From an uncultured virus (IMG/VR IMGVR_UViG_3300031965_000010) (lineage: Duplodnaviria > Heunggongvirae > Uroviricota > Caudoviricetes), in the IMG/VR virus record IMGVR_UViG_3300031965_000010: DNA of 64,000 nt; one strand, 5' to 3'. Both the position numbers and the translations under genes were made by a program. Each line of letters starts with the position of its first letter. The stretch's first letter is position 1. Positions 46,795 to 57,770 of this stretch are shown here, in pieces. The notes under the pieces are model-generated. The model was given only the letters and a program-made list of their open reading frames with translations. It had not been told where the DNA came from and ran no database searches.

Positions 46795-47513
46795 CCTTTC
46801 AACCGACTCCAACCACGAAGGGCTCCGCCGCCGCACTCAATTCGCTGTCGGCCATCCCCGAGCCCTCGCCCAAACCCATCTCCAGCTACCTCACCGGCAA
46901 CAAGACCGTGCGCGCCAGAATCGCGGCGACACGTCAGAGCGATCGAAAGCCGGAGCTTCACATCTTCGAGCTTGAAGACGTCGTCGTGCTTTCGCAGGTC
47001 ATGCAAAATGAACTGGGACTCGACGTCGACGTCGAGACCTTCGAAGCGCCGATCTTGAACTCCCTGTTAGCTGTTTCAAGATTCTCTTTGGACGCGCTCG
47101 TGCGCAGTCTTGGTTTCGCCGCGCATGGCTACAGCGTGACGCTCAACGAAGAAGAGAAGGCGTGGTTCTTCGCGAGGTTCGTCGGCAAGACCGTGGAGAT
47201 TGTGTCACGCACTCGCGAAACCAAGTCGGGTGCGTTCTACACGCAACACGACGTGAAGCTCCTTAGCCCTTCGCCGTTCATCTTCGACGAGGATGGAAAC
47301 CTCATCATCGAGGACACGGAAGAAATTCCCCCGCCTCCCATACGTGAATGGCCGACGCGTCGCGAACGTGAGCGCGCTCGACCTCGCTTCGAAGCCGACG
47401 TTGGGGCCGACATTGGGGTCGACGTTCAACCTCTCGTACTCGACGCCGACGGCGTACCAACCGCGTGTCGAATCTGCGGACGCTCCTACTGCGACCACCC
47501 AAGGCGCTCATGA
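46791..47513 (+). CDS. Hypothetical protein, possibly a second SSB-like OB fold
   Basis: FVGKTVEIVSRTRETKSGAFYT resembles the 57083 protein. Confidence 0.55.
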   Translation: MTFQPTPTTKGSAAALNSLSAIPEPSPKPISSYLTGNKTVRARIAATRQSDRKPELHIFELEDVVVLSQVMQNELGLDVDVETFEAPILNSLLAVSRFSLDALVRSLGFAAHGYSVTLNEEEKAWFFARFVGKTVEIVSRTRETKSGAFYTQHDVKLLSPSPFIFDEDGNLIIEDTEEIPPPPIREWPTRRERERARPRFEADVGADIGVDVQPLVLDADGVPTACRICGRSYCDHPRRS

Positions 47514-47785
47514 TCGAACCCATCAAACGCGTCTACTCGTTCTGCATTCACCTTGACACAGGTAGTGACCTCGTTGTCGAAGCTCCGACCATGTCGGAAG
47601 CGGTTCGATACGTGGAACGACGTTGGCCGACTTTCAAAGGGATCCCGAAAATCGTTAGGCGCGTCTATCAACACACTTTCGATCAATCTCTCATTCACAG
47701 CACGGTCGGGTTCGCTCAACGTCCGAAATATCCAGACGGGCAAACCGCCATCGATCCAGCGAGAGTCGGCGACGTTCCAGAATGA
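47510..47785 (+). CDS. Hypothetical protein
   Basis: Coupled ORF. Confidence 0.55.
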   Translation: MIEPIKRVYSFCIHLDTGSDLVVEAPTMSEAVRYVERRWPTFKGIPKIVRRVYQHTFDQSLIHSTVGFAQRPKYPDGQTAIDPARVGDVPE

Positions 47786-48129
47786 AAGCCGTGCGCATCG
47801 AGTGTCGCCAATGCGACGGGCGCGGGTTTCTTGCGTGGCCTGGCGACACTCCACCCGACGCCGACGACACACCTTCCGACGACACACAGCACGCCGCCGC
47901 CGCCGACGACACTCCGCCCAACGACACACAACCCGACGCACAGCACGCCAGCACCGAGCGCGTTTGCGTCGTATGCAGAGGTCGCGGATCTTTGGCAGCG
48001 GGGAAGCGAAGGCGAGGCGGACCCCTCTGGCTACGCCTCTCGCGAGCCTGCGCGTACTGCGACGCGGCCCCCGGTAAGCCTTGCCTGACGGCGAGGCTTC
48101 GCCCTCGGACGCCTCATAAAGGTCGCTGA
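47782..48129 (+). CDS. Zinc-finger protein with two CxxCxGxG motifs
   Basis: CRQCDGRG, CVVCRGRG, CAYCDAAPGKPC..H. Confidence 0.6.
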   Translation: MKAVRIECRQCDGRGFLAWPGDTPPDADDTPSDDTQHAAAADDTPPNDTQPDAQHASTERVCVVCRGRGSLAAGKRRRGGPLWLRLSRACAYCDAAPGKPCLTARLRPRTPHKGR

Positions 48130-48591
48130 GCGCTTCTCACTGCGCCCGCGCTTCACCCGCACACGCACTCACCCGTCGCACGCACGGCACAACGCACGAC
48201 ACAAAAAGAAACGCGCCGTTTATGTCTTCGAAGCACCCCCAGTGCCTCTCCGACTTCGCGACGCGTTCCCACCTCGAACAGAACAACCTTGTACTCGGGG
48301 CTCGATGAACCCCTTGTGCTCAAGCTACGTCGTGTGTGCGAACGCGTCCACCGCGAACCGCGAGACAAACGCGTGCTCTAGAAACACAAACCCCCGGACG
48401 GTGCCGTGAGAGCGACGTCCGGGGGTTCGCATGCTCTGGCTCTACTTCGATCCGTACAGTGTTTGCCGCAGCGTACAGGTGAGAGAAGAAGCTCGGAGTC
48501 GTGCGTGCTTTACCTCGACGTCTATTGCTACGCAAGACTCTAAATAGCCCTCCTAGCGGCTCCCACGCGGAGGCACTGGTCGCCTGCCTTG

Positions 48592-48654
48592 CGCCCTGCC
48601 TGCCTTGCGCACTGCCTGCCTTGCGCCCTGCCTGCCCTGCGCCCTGCCTGCCCT
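48592..48654. repeat. About 4 x 16-bp tandem repeat (GCGCCCTGCCTGCCTT)
   Basis: Read directly; lies next to the origin region. Confidence 0.8.
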
Positions 48655-48739
48655 AACTACCCCCGTGACCCACCGGATCAGGGTCGTGTTTGCTACAGCA
48701 CTTAAACGAACGCTGAGAGCCCGGCGCGAAGCAAAATCC

Positions 48740-49240
48740 ATTTTTTCTATTTTTTAATCCTCGAAAACCTATTTTTTGGGTGGGACACCCGTGGGACACC
48801 TCCGGGACACCACTGTCCCACCCCTGGGACTCAAAAAATCAAAAAACAAATCCGAAAAATCAAAAATAAACCCAAAAAACCCGTTTCGACTCTGAAATGA
48901 TTTTTTCTACGGAAAATAGTTTTTATTATTTTTTTTATTCAGAAAAATGTTTGGCCCGAAAACGAGGCGGTGGGACACTTTTTAGTGTCCCACTGAAGAG
49001 GTGTCCCACGAAGTGTCCCACCAAAAACAGCGCATTCTAACGCCGTAAAACAGGTGCCTGGGACAGTGGTACACCAATTCTCTCTCTTAACACTTATAGC
49101 GGTAGATGCCGGAAAGCACGACCGTACCGTCTACCGCGGGGCCGGCGGACACACGCCAGGAAACTTTCCGCAAAGTGGTGTCCCACTGTCCCACTGTCCC
49201 ACGTCGTATTTTCCGACAATTAAAAAAACCCACAAAACAA
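48740..49240. other. Putative replication origin: AT-rich tract with about 13 GTGGGACA/TGTCCCAC iterons
   Basis: Non-coding, A/T runs, direct and inverted 8-mers, just upstream of the primase-helicase; C-to-G skew switch. Confidence 0.8.
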
Positions 49241-49460
49241 TCTTCAGCTTTTGCTACGTGACGGTTCCGACTGCGGTTCCGACTGCGGCTCGGCTTGCGT
49301 TTCGCCGGCCGGATGCACAGTGCGAAGCCACCCAGCGATCGCGCAGCGATCCACCACACAACCGTTTGTGCGCGAATAGACACACGGCGCATCCACGAAA
49401 GCACGCGTTCGCGATCTTTTTAAGATCGCGAGCGATCGCTGAGCGATCGAAATTAGCGAG

Positions 49461-52412
49461 ATGTGGGTTGACGACCCCACACGCTGTGTTCTACGACCCT
49501 CATCGCCGCAGCGTTTGGTTTCGCGCAGTGCAGTATCGCACCGCAACGTAGAGAAGATTGTCGGAGGGATTCGGGTGCTCTCGCTTTTCGTAGACAAGCA
49601 CGTCAGACCGAACGACCCCAATGCGGTCGGTGAAGTCGCGGATACCCCCGAATCATGGGCAGACCTCCTCAACGATCCGCGCGTTCTCCCCGAAGACGAC
49701 GAAGACGCCAGAACAGCCCTCCCGGCATTGTGTGGGGCCGAATACTTTCCGGAAGCCAGGGAACGCGACCGAGAGAACATAGCAGCGGTCCACTGGATGA
49801 TCTTGGACGTCGACTGTTTGGAGAACCCGCAAGGAAAAGTCCCTTCACCAGATGTCGTTAGGGCTTCTCTGAAAGGCTTGCACGCGGTTGTCTACACAAG
49901 CCCCAGCCACACCGACACCGAATCGCGTTTGCGCGTCCTGCTGCCGCTGGCTTCGCCGTTACCCCCGAAGAAGCACCGGGCGCTCGTAGAATTTCTGTCG
50001 GAAAACCTCGTTCCAGGGTTCGAGGGATGCATCAATGTCCAAGCAACGGGTGACCCATGTCGACTCGGGTTTGTCATGGGCACGCGCCACCCCGAACATT
50101 ACGAGTGGTTCGTCACGGACGGGGAGTTGTTCGATTGGAGTCGCATCCCTCTCGAAGACGAAATCTGGGACCGAGCCCCGCTTGGAGGACTTGAACGTTC
50201 TCCGTTGTGGAGTGACAGGTCGACAGCACTGAAAGCAGCGCTGCGATATTTTTCTAGGACGGGTCAGGGCATGGGACGGGGAAGCGGACGCTCCGTGCTC
50301 TTTTGGTCTGTAAGCAATCAGCTGTGGTGGGAGTGGGCGGCTGAAGACGAAGACTTCGTGATGGAAGTCCTCGAACAAATCAACGACAATTTCTCCGAAC
50401 CCGAAGATTTGAGTGAGATGCATCGACAGATGCACGAGGCACACAAGATTACGATTGGCGAGAAGCGCAAAGGACAGCTCACAGGAAACTACGGATGGAG
50501 AAGAGACCCGACGAGCGTCATCACGAAGGAAGCAATCCTCGCGCACGCCTCTCGCCTTCTCCACAGGCGGAACCCTGAAGACCAAGCCAAAGGGCTCGCG
50601 CTTAGACGACTCGCGAAAGAACACACTCTCTCAGACGAACATCAGGCACGTAAGGGACTCGTGACGAAACTCGTGCACGAGCTTGCGAAGGTCTTTTCGT
50701 TTTCAGACGTAGATCACATCGCGAAATTTTTCGAAGGCTCCATTTCCGCAATGCGTCGAGACGTAAGCACGTTTCCGAACATGGATGAAGTGCGCGCGTG
50801 GATTTCGGCTGCGCTGGAGCGGCAGAGAAAGAATCGCGAGGAAAATTTTGAGAGGGCAGACGCAAAGGTAAGAGAGCAGATCGAGTATGTGATGAACGGG
50901 GAGCGAAACACGAAATACACGATGAACGAGGTTTCCATATGGGAACAGAGCGTGGGACTTCGAAGCAACAACTGGATACTCGTCGTCAAAAACGTGCTGT
51001 TTGTTTTTCGAAACGGGACGTGGGTTGGCCCGTACACAGAAAAAGAATTCGAAGCACAGGGCTACAAAGATTTGGCCGCTGCGGCAGATGTCGGTGTGAA
51101 GACACAGGTTTTCAACGAACAGAAGATGTCGTGGACGAACATGCCGCTGCAAAAGCTACTTCACGAGTACGGTAGTCGATGCACGACGCGTATGGATCTG
51201 AACTGCGACAAAACATGGTTTGACGTAGAGGAGCACGTCCTCGTTCTTTCAGGACCTCCGAGACGAAACATCACACCGAAGTTTCACGAAGATGTAGACG
51301 AGTGGTTCCGCGTGATGACGGGTCGTTCGTCGCCCAAAAACGCCAAAGTCCGCCAAAGCGATGCGAGCACGTCGAACAAAGGAGCTGACGACTACGACGT
51401 TCTTTGCGATTGGCTCGCATCGGTCACACAACTCGATCGACCATGCGCGGCGCTCTATCTGCAAGGAGCACACAGCGTAGGCAAGGGTCTTTTCGCGGAC
51501 GGCGTCGCACGCATTTGGAAAGCCGGATCGATGCCTCTCGAGGACGCTTTCGACGATTTCAACTCGCTCCTTTCGGAAACACCGTTTGTACACATCGATG
51601 AAGCACTGCCGGAACACGTACGTGCGTCGGTATTGTTGCGTAAGGCGTTGGCTGCGCGTGAGTTCGTGTACAAGCGCAAATACATGGACGCCGGAAAGAT
51701 GAGTGGTTGTTTGCGTATGTTGTTCACGGCAAACAACTTAGATCTTTTCAACAAAGCAAAAGAGATGGTGAAGAAGGAAGATGTTGACGCGCTCGCGCAG
51801 CGCTTCATCCACATCCACATCGACCCCGCATCTTCAGCCTATTTGGAGAGCATCAGTCCAAGACACGAAGGTTTCGTAGAGAAAAATATGCTCGCGGAGC
51901 ACGCGTATTGGCTTCACGAAAAGCGCTGGGCTGCGATCAAAGCAAGAGGTCTGCGTTTCCTTGTGCGTGGTCAAAACACGAACGTATCCGACGTAGTCGC
52001 CACCAACAGCGATTCGACCTCGGATTGCTGCACAGCAATTTGCGAGGCGATCGTTGAGCAGAGGAAGACGGATTGGTTCTTGGTTCGAGAGGGGGAGGTG
52101 TTTGTGAACACCTCGCTACTCAAGCGATTTCTTTCCATTCAAAACGTGTCGAGGGGCTACAGCGATGTTGAAGTCACCCGCGCCGTGTCTAGCATCGCCA
52201 ACAACACGAAGAAGATGCGGCACAACGGAAAGCAGATGCGAATGCGTTCGGTTCGTTTGGAGTCACTGAAGGCTTGGTGTGACAACAAAGACGTGTACGA
52301 CTGGTTCGACGTTCAGGCTGGCATAGAGGAGCTTAATAAAGCGACGGAAGAACGAGAGGCTCTCGAAATAAACGTCAAAGTAGAAAGCAAGAGTAAGGCA
52401 GTTCTCAACTGA
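49461..52412 (+). CDS. Primase/PrimPol-like protein fused to SF3 (NrS-1/D5-like) helicase; likely start GTG 49575
   Basis: MILDVD, YTSPSH, RLRVLLPL; Walker A GAHSVGKG, Walker B VHIDE, FTANN. Confidence 0.85.
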   Translation: MWVDDPTRCVLRPSSPQRLVSRSAVSHRNVEKIVGGIRVLSLFVDKHVRPNDPNAVGEVADTPESWADLLNDPRVLPEDDEDARTALPALCGAEYFPEARERDRENIAAVHWMILDVDCLENPQGKVPSPDVVRASLKGLHAVVYTSPSHTDTESRLRVLLPLASPLPPKKHRALVEFLSENLVPGFEGCINVQATGDPCRLGFVMGTRHPEHYEWFVTDGELFDWSRIPLEDEIWDRAPLGGLERSPLWSDRSTALKAALRYFSRTGQGMGRGSGRSVLFWSVSNQLWWEWAAEDEDFVMEVLEQINDNFSEPEDLSEMHRQMHEAHKITIGEKRKGQLTGNYGWRRDPTSVITKEAILAHASRLLHRRNPEDQAKGLALRRLAKEHTLSDEHQARKGLVTKLVHELAKVFSFSDVDHIAKFFEGSISAMRRDVSTFPNMDEVRAWISAALERQRKNREENFERADAKVREQIEYVMNGERNTKYTMNEVSIWEQSVGLRSNNWILVVKNVLFVFRNGTWVGPYTEKEFEAQGYKDLAAAADVGVKTQVFNEQKMSWTNMPLQKLLHEYGSRCTTRMDLNCDKTWFDVEEHVLVLSGPPRRNITPKFHEDVDEWFRVMTGRSSPKNAKVRQSDASTSNKGADDYDVLCDWLASVTQLDRPCAALYLQGAHSVGKGLFADGVARIWKAGSMPLEDAFDDFNSLLSETPFVHIDEALPEHVRASVLLRKALAAREFVYKRKYMDAGKMSGCLRMLFTANNLDLFNKAKEMVKKEDVDALAQRFIHIHIDPASSAYLESISPRHEGFVEKNMLAEHAYWLHEKRWAAIKARGLRFLVRGQNTNVSDVVATNSDSTSDCCTAICEAIVEQRKTDWFLVREGEVFVNTSLLKRFLSIQNVSRGYSDVEVTRAVSSIANNTKKMRHNGKQMRMRSVRLESLKAWCDNKDVYDWFDVQAGIEELNKATEEREALEINVKVESKSKAVLN

Positions 52413-52424
52413 GGAGGAGAATAT

Positions 52425-52733
52425 ATGAGACGAGAGAAGTTGATCACGAGTGCAAACGTTTTGAAGGTTGCCGTTGAGACCAACGGCATTCAGGGTGGGA
52501 ATGTGAGTCACGGGGGAAAGACGGAGTTTTACCTTCAGGACGGAGGAAGCACCTGCTGGGACGTTGAGGTTCGAGACGAATCTGGTCAAGTGTTTCTAAT
52601 TCCGTATCCCGATTACGTGAAGATCACGTTCAAGGGTGACACGGAGTTGAGAACGGCGACTAAGGCGTTGCGTTGGGCCGGTAAAACCCTTCGAAACATG
52701 CGCAAGCTCGTCGGAAGCAAAGAGACGCGATGA
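52425..52733 (+). CDS. Hypothetical protein
   Basis: GAGGAGG SD. Confidence 0.7.
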   Translation: MRREKLITSANVLKVAVETNGIQGGNVSHGGKTEFYLQDGGSTCWDVEVRDESGQVFLIPYPDYVKITFKGDTELRTATKALRWAGKTLRNMRKLVGSKETR

Positions 52734-54895
52734 ATCTCACGTTCGTCTCCTTGAACCCTGTGTGGGTGCCGTACACGCCTTCGGAGCTTTCCGAGCGCGC
52801 AGCGCGTCCGTCGAAGGGGCGCGGCGGAGAGAAAGGCCCGAACGGCGAGGCCGCCGACAGCGGCAAGTGGCGACTGGCGTTCCCGGACGGGGAAATTTAC
52901 AGCGGTCCAACCATCTCCGTGTCCGCGCTGGAGACGGCGAGTGAGTGCCTTCAAAAATGGGCGCTGAGTCGGATCGACAATCTGGAACGCGCGCCGAACA
53001 GGAAGGGCGATCTTGGGCAGATCGCGCACGATTCTCTAGAGGCTTGGCAAAAATTCGGGAAGGCACCGACGATCGCCGGCATGTCGAAGGTGCTCACGCA
53101 CTTCCCGATGCCGGGTCAAGCCGAGAGCGAAGTGTTCTTCGGGTTCGCTCTAGAAATCGGCGAAGATGGCACGGACGGTGAGGGCGCGAACGCGGGCCGC
53201 GTCATTGTGTTCTCCGGCTATATGGACGTACGCCTCTCAAAGCTCCGCAGTGGTTTCGAGCAGCGCATCGAGGGCGGGCGCAAGACGCTCGTGCAATGCA
53301 CACCCCCGGCGAACAGCGTTGTTTACGACCTCAAGACGACCGGATCTTTCGATTGGAAGAAGACCCCGAAGCAGCTCGCAGCGAATCTTCAAGGTGCTGT
53401 GTACGCGCTCGATGAAATGCTGCGCGTCGAAGCTGTGCAAGGCGAGTGCGACGCCGTCATTCTGAAGTGGGTGTACGCGCTTTTGAAGGAAGAAAAGGAC
53501 GGGTCGATCACCCTTAAGAAGGTCGTGACGGTGTGCGACGAGCAGATCGCCGCCGAAGATCCGAAGAAAGCCAAGGGCGTGCTCGTGACGCGTGAGCAGG
53601 CCGTCAGTGTGCTCGCGCAATACGTTCCGATGGCGGTGCGGATGTTGGACATCATCGCAGCAGCAGACGCATGGAAGGCGAACCCGAAAGAAAACGCGCG
53701 CCCGGACACGCCGAAGGATTCTTCCGCGTGTCATTCGTACGGCGGATGCGGTTGGAAGATCGCAGGTGGCGAGGTTGGGTCGAAGGGTCAGTTGCCGAGC
53801 CCGAGTGCGAAGCCTGGCGAACCATGCTGCGTGGTGCCGGCAGGCGGTGGATTTCTCGCGATGGCGAAGCAGACAAGAGAGAGATTAGGGATAGAGACGG
53901 TGATGGAGCCGACGAAGGCAGCGACGGCGGCGATGCAGGTCGCGTCGTCGAGTGGTTTGGTTCAGATCGACAACAACAGCAGAAAAACCCCGAGTGGGAA
54001 CGGAGAGAAAAAAATGGGTCTCGGAGCGCGTTTCGGAAACAGGATTGCAAATGGTGGTGCGAACGGCGTGGCGAATGAGGCGGCGGTCGCAGCGGCGGCT
54101 GCGAAGGAAGTGAAACAGGCGCCCGCAGCGACAACCGCAGCGACAACCGCAGCGACGACCGCACCGGCAGTGAACGGAAAGAGTGGTGGACTCGGAGCGA
54201 GGTTCGCAAAGGCAGGGACGGGTACGGTCGCGCAGTCGAATGGAGCAGGGAACGGAGCAGCTAAGGAAACGCCGAAGATGGACGTGAAGTCGACCACGGC
54301 GGGCATGTCGTCGAAGGCGGCGTCCGCGCCGTCGGGCGGTGGCGGCGGGACGCTCCTTGATCGCCTGAAGGGGATCGTGAAGCCGGGCGAAGCGGGGGCA
54401 GTGGAGAAAGCGGCGTCGGCAGCTCCGACGCTCGCGGTGGGCATCAATCCGCCCGACGCGGCGCCCGAGTGGACGGCGGAGCAGCAAGAGGCGGAGAGTC
54501 AGAGGTTGAGCGAGGCTGGTAGGACGAAGGAAGAGAAGAAGGCGCTGAAGGAAGCGGAGAAGGCAGCGACGGCGGCTGAGAAGGTGGCGTTGAAAGAAGC
54601 GACGACGACGACGACGATGTCGACGGTAGAGGCGGAAGGCGGCGCGACGGAGGCGAAGCGTGGTCCGGGTCGACCGAAGGGTTCGACGAAGACTAAGGCG
54701 AGTACAGCGGTTGTTGCGGCGGGCACTGTCGAAAACACCGTTGCGTATATGGACGGCGGCTTCTCCGACGTCGAGCTGATCGACGACATGGCGAAGCGTT
54801 GGATCGAAGCGGGTAATCGTCGCGGTGCGATGTTGCTTCTGCAAGCGAGCGAGACAGCGTCTTTGGTGGCGGCGGGCTCTGGCGCGGCGATGTGA
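52730..54895 (+). CDS. PD-(D/E)XK (Cas4/RecB-like) nuclease with low-complexity C-terminus and AT-hook
   Basis: GQIAH..LE, GYMD, VYDLKT, QGAVYA, CHSYGGC; KRGPGRPKG. Confidence 0.8.
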   Translation: MNLTFVSLNPVWVPYTPSELSERAARPSKGRGGEKGPNGEAADSGKWRLAFPDGEIYSGPTISVSALETASECLQKWALSRIDNLERAPNRKGDLGQIAHDSLEAWQKFGKAPTIAGMSKVLTHFPMPGQAESEVFFGFALEIGEDGTDGEGANAGRVIVFSGYMDVRLSKLRSGFEQRIEGGRKTLVQCTPPANSVVYDLKTTGSFDWKKTPKQLAANLQGAVYALDEMLRVEAVQGECDAVILKWVYALLKEEKDGSITLKKVVTVCDEQIAAEDPKKAKGVLVTREQAVSVLAQYVPMAVRMLDIIAAADAWKANPKENARPDTPKDSSACHSYGGCGWKIAGGEVGSKGQLPSPSAKPGEPCCVVPAGGGFLAMAKQTRERLGIETVMEPTKAATAAMQVASSSGLVQIDNNSRKTPSGNGEKKMGLGARFGNRIANGGANGVANEAAVAAAAAKEVKQAPAATTAATTAATTAPAVNGKSGGLGARFAKAGTGTVAQSNGAGNGAAKETPKMDVKSTTAGMSSKAASAPSGGGGGTLLDRLKGIVKPGEAGAVEKAASAAPTLAVGINPPDAAPEWTAEQQEAESQRLSEAGRTKEEKKALKEAEKAATAAEKVALKEATTTTTMSTVEAEGGATEAKRGPGRPKGSTKTKASTAVVAAGTVENTVAYMDGGFSDVELIDDMAKRWIEAGNRRGAMLLLQASETASLVAAGSGAAM

Positions 54896-57039
54896 ACGTG
54901 GTGAACGATGTGAGCGCGTCTCTGGACCCTGCGGTTCCGGTTCAAGACGGAAAACGAAAGAAGACGGCGCAAGAGCGTTTCGGCACGAAGCTGAATCCGT
55001 TCGGTGCGAAGTCCGCATATTCGGTGACGCGCTCGGATGATTTTCGGCGCATTGCGGCGCTACCTCGACGCACGGAGTGGACGGATTACTCCGAGGCGTT
55101 GACGTTGGCGTTCGCATTGCCGCCGAGAAAGCCGGGCACGTGTCCGAGTAACTGTCCGTGTCGCGGGACGGGCGTGATGAAGTTGCGCCCGTTGCAGGCG
55201 TGGGCGCTGTCGGAGTTTCTTGAACAGCGCGGCGGTATAGGCATGCTTTCGGCCGGAAGCGGCAAGACACTGGTGTCGCTTCTGCTTCCGATTTTGTTGG
55301 GTTGGCAGAGGCCGGTGTTGTTCGTGCCCGCGTCACTTCGAGACAAGACGGTGAAGATCGATATGCCGTTGTTGGCGCGACATTGGCGACTGCCGCCGCT
55401 AGAAGGTCCGGGGAGCTTGGAAGTATGCAGCTACGAAGAGCTGTCGCAGACGAGCTTTGCAGACTATCTGGAGCTGCGGAAGATTCCAGATGGAATTATT
55501 TCAGACGAGTGTCACAAGCTGGCTCACCGGAGCGCCGCGCGCACGAAAAGAATTTTGAGATTTTTCTCAAAGTTTCCGACGACGGAATTCATAGGCATGT
55601 CTGGGTCGATCGTGCATCGCAGCGTGATGGACTACGGACACACGTTTCACATCGCGCTCAAAGAGACGTCGCCGTTGCCGCATGGGTTCATGGAGTTGAA
55701 GACGTGGGCGGACTGCCTCGACGAAGGCATTCCAGATTTCGCGCGCCCCGACCCTGGCGCGCTGCGAGATTTTTGCGCTGTGGGTGAGACCCCTCGCGAT
55801 GGATATCGGCGTCGCTTGCTGGAGACGGCGGGTGTCGTTGCGTCGTCGGACTTGTCGACGAACATCGGCTTGCAGATTTGCGAGCTACCGATGCCGAAGA
55901 TTCCGCCGAAGGTGGTCGAGGCTTTCCAGCGATTGAGAAACAAGAGCGAGCTGCCCGAAGGCGAGATGGCGACGACGGCGCTCGATCAGCTCAGGCACGC
56001 GCGCGAGCTGTTGTTGGGATTCTATCTGCGATGGGTGTGGCCGAAGACGGAGGACGGGAAGCCCGGCAAGCCCGACCTTGAGTGGATGAAGAAGCGTCGC
56101 GCGTGGCGGAAGTACGTGCGCAAGATGACGACGCGCAGTCACTTCGGAAAGTGGCTCGATACGGAAGCGCAGGTCGCGAAGGCAGTCATCAACGGCGATG
56201 TGGAGTGCAAAGAGAACGAGGTCTCAGTCACTGGAAAAGTCATCCGCAACAACGTGAACGTGTATGCGGAGTGGGTGGAGATGCGTGAGGCGCGAAGGCC
56301 GTTGTGGGGTGGGAAGCCAGAGCCGAACAAGGAAGTGGTTTGGCTTTCCGACTACATGATCGAAGCGCTGGAGCAGTGGGCCTCTAAGAACGTGGGAATC
56401 GTGTGGGTGGAGAACATCGGATTTCTGGAGAAGCTCCGCGAGCGAGGGAACGTGTGCTTTGGGGCCGGCGAGAATGAGATCGAACTGGAAGACGGATCGC
56501 GAAGTGTGTTCGCGTCGTTCGCGCATGCCGTGGGAAAGAATCTCCAGATGTGGTCGCGTATGTGTTTCTCGGCGCCGCTTCAGAGTGGGAAGGCGTGGGA
56601 GCAAGCGCTCGCGAGGCAGCATCGACCGGGACAGCTCGCGGACGACGTTGTTGCGGATGTGTTCCTCGGGTGTCGAGAAACGTGGTGGGCGTTTGAGCGT
56701 TCGAAAGCGGACGCTGTGGCGATCGAAGCGACACTCGGTCAGCCACAGCGCTTAAACAAAGCGACGATTGTTGTGTCGACCACGGAAGATCTTGCGATGT
56801 CGTTGTACGACGTAGGTAACCCACTTTGGGCAGCGACTGGTCACGCGAAGATCGACGGTTCACTTGGCGTGTTGCGTGAGGATGGAACGCGAGAGATTTC
56901 TGCGACGCCCACGTTGACGGCGATGTGGGAACGAGTAAAGAACGAGGAGGATGAAGACGATGACGAGTTGAGTGAGTCGAGTTCGAACGATTCGAGTTCA
57001 AGTGAGTTGGATGAAGACGTCGACGACGGCGTCGAGTAG
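54892..57039 (+). CDS. SF2 (SNF2-like) helicase
   Basis: LRPLQ, AGSGKT, DECH, MSGS, GKNLQ, EQALARQHRPGQ. Confidence 0.85.
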   Translation: MNVVNDVSASLDPAVPVQDGKRKKTAQERFGTKLNPFGAKSAYSVTRSDDFRRIAALPRRTEWTDYSEALTLAFALPPRKPGTCPSNCPCRGTGVMKLRPLQAWALSEFLEQRGGIGMLSAGSGKTLVSLLLPILLGWQRPVLFVPASLRDKTVKIDMPLLARHWRLPPLEGPGSLEVCSYEELSQTSFADYLELRKIPDGIISDECHKLAHRSAARTKRILRFFSKFPTTEFIGMSGSIVHRSVMDYGHTFHIALKETSPLPHGFMELKTWADCLDEGIPDFARPDPGALRDFCAVGETPRDGYRRRLLETAGVVASSDLSTNIGLQICELPMPKIPPKVVEAFQRLRNKSELPEGEMATTALDQLRHARELLLGFYLRWVWPKTEDGKPGKPDLEWMKKRRAWRKYVRKMTTRSHFGKWLDTEAQVAKAVINGDVECKENEVSVTGKVIRNNVNVYAEWVEMREARRPLWGGKPEPNKEVVWLSDYMIEALEQWASKNVGIVWVENIGFLEKLRERGNVCFGAGENEIELEDGSRSVFASFAHAVGKNLQMWSRMCFSAPLQSGKAWEQALARQHRPGQLADDVVADVFLGCRETWWAFERSKADAVAIEATLGQPQRLNKATIVVSTTEDLAMSLYDVGNPLWAATGHAKIDGSLGVLREDGTREISATPTLTAMWERVKNEEDEDDDELSESSSNDSSSSELDEDVDDGVE

Positions 57040-57082
57040 TAAAGTAGATAGCTGAAAAACAACAAAGAAAGAGTGGTATACT

Positions 57083-57607
57083 GTGGGAGCATTCGACCGT
57101 TTTCGTGACAGTGAAATTATGGGCGTTCGTCAGTACATCGAGCCAGGCAAGCACAGATTGCTCGTCAAGAGAGCTTCGATGGGTCCTTCCAAAAACCCCG
57201 AGAAGAAAAAGCTGAATCAGGAAAACACGATCATCGAGTTCAAGATCGTTCGTAGCGACACGATGAAGGTCGGGAGCGTGTGCAACCTAGTCGAGGTGAG
57301 CACCGCGCAAGGCTACGAAGGCAACGTGTTGTTGGTGACGGCAGGTATCCTAGGATACGAAGTTGAGAAGATGCGCAAAGATCCAGCTTTTGATTCTATT
57401 TTCGAAGCTGCGTTCGGTGAGGAACAGATCTTTTGCGGAATGTGTGTCGACGTGGTCGCTCAGCAGGTGAAGACGACGAAGGGAGGCGACTACACGGCGA
57501 AGACGTGGGAGCCGGTCCTCGCTTCGGAGTACGAAGAGGACGGCCTCATCGCCCCTGACGGCGCGTACACGGGTCCGGAAGACGACGGCGAAGAAGCCGC
57601 CGCGTAA
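57083..57607 (+). CDS. Putative single-stranded DNA-binding protein
   Basis: Position in the replication module, beta-rich, acidic tail. Confidence 0.55.
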   Translation: MGAFDRFRDSEIMGVRQYIEPGKHRLLVKRASMGPSKNPEKKKLNQENTIIEFKIVRSDTMKVGSVCNLVEVSTAQGYEGNVLLVTAGILGYEVEKMRKDPAFDSIFEAAFGEEQIFCGMCVDVVAQQVKTTKGGDYTAKTWEPVLASEYEEDGLIAPDGAYTGPEDDGEEAAA

Positions 57608-57770
57608 AACTCGGGCGCGCATCGTCGTTCCTCCTTGAGCGATGCGCGTTGAAAGCGGTGTAGGACCGAGCCGCGAGAAATCGGTCCCCCTTCGGGGTCA
57701 CGTTCGTTCACGGGAACACAGTTCGTTCAACGACAACAGACAGACACATCGAGGCGGGAAGAGGAGAGCC

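Noticed and set aside
36841..49260. Other TGCTAC hits (near 36862, 45177, 48526, 48691, 49252)
   Set aside because: No TAnnnT at the 11-bp spacing; two are TG-extended -10 elements on the + strand
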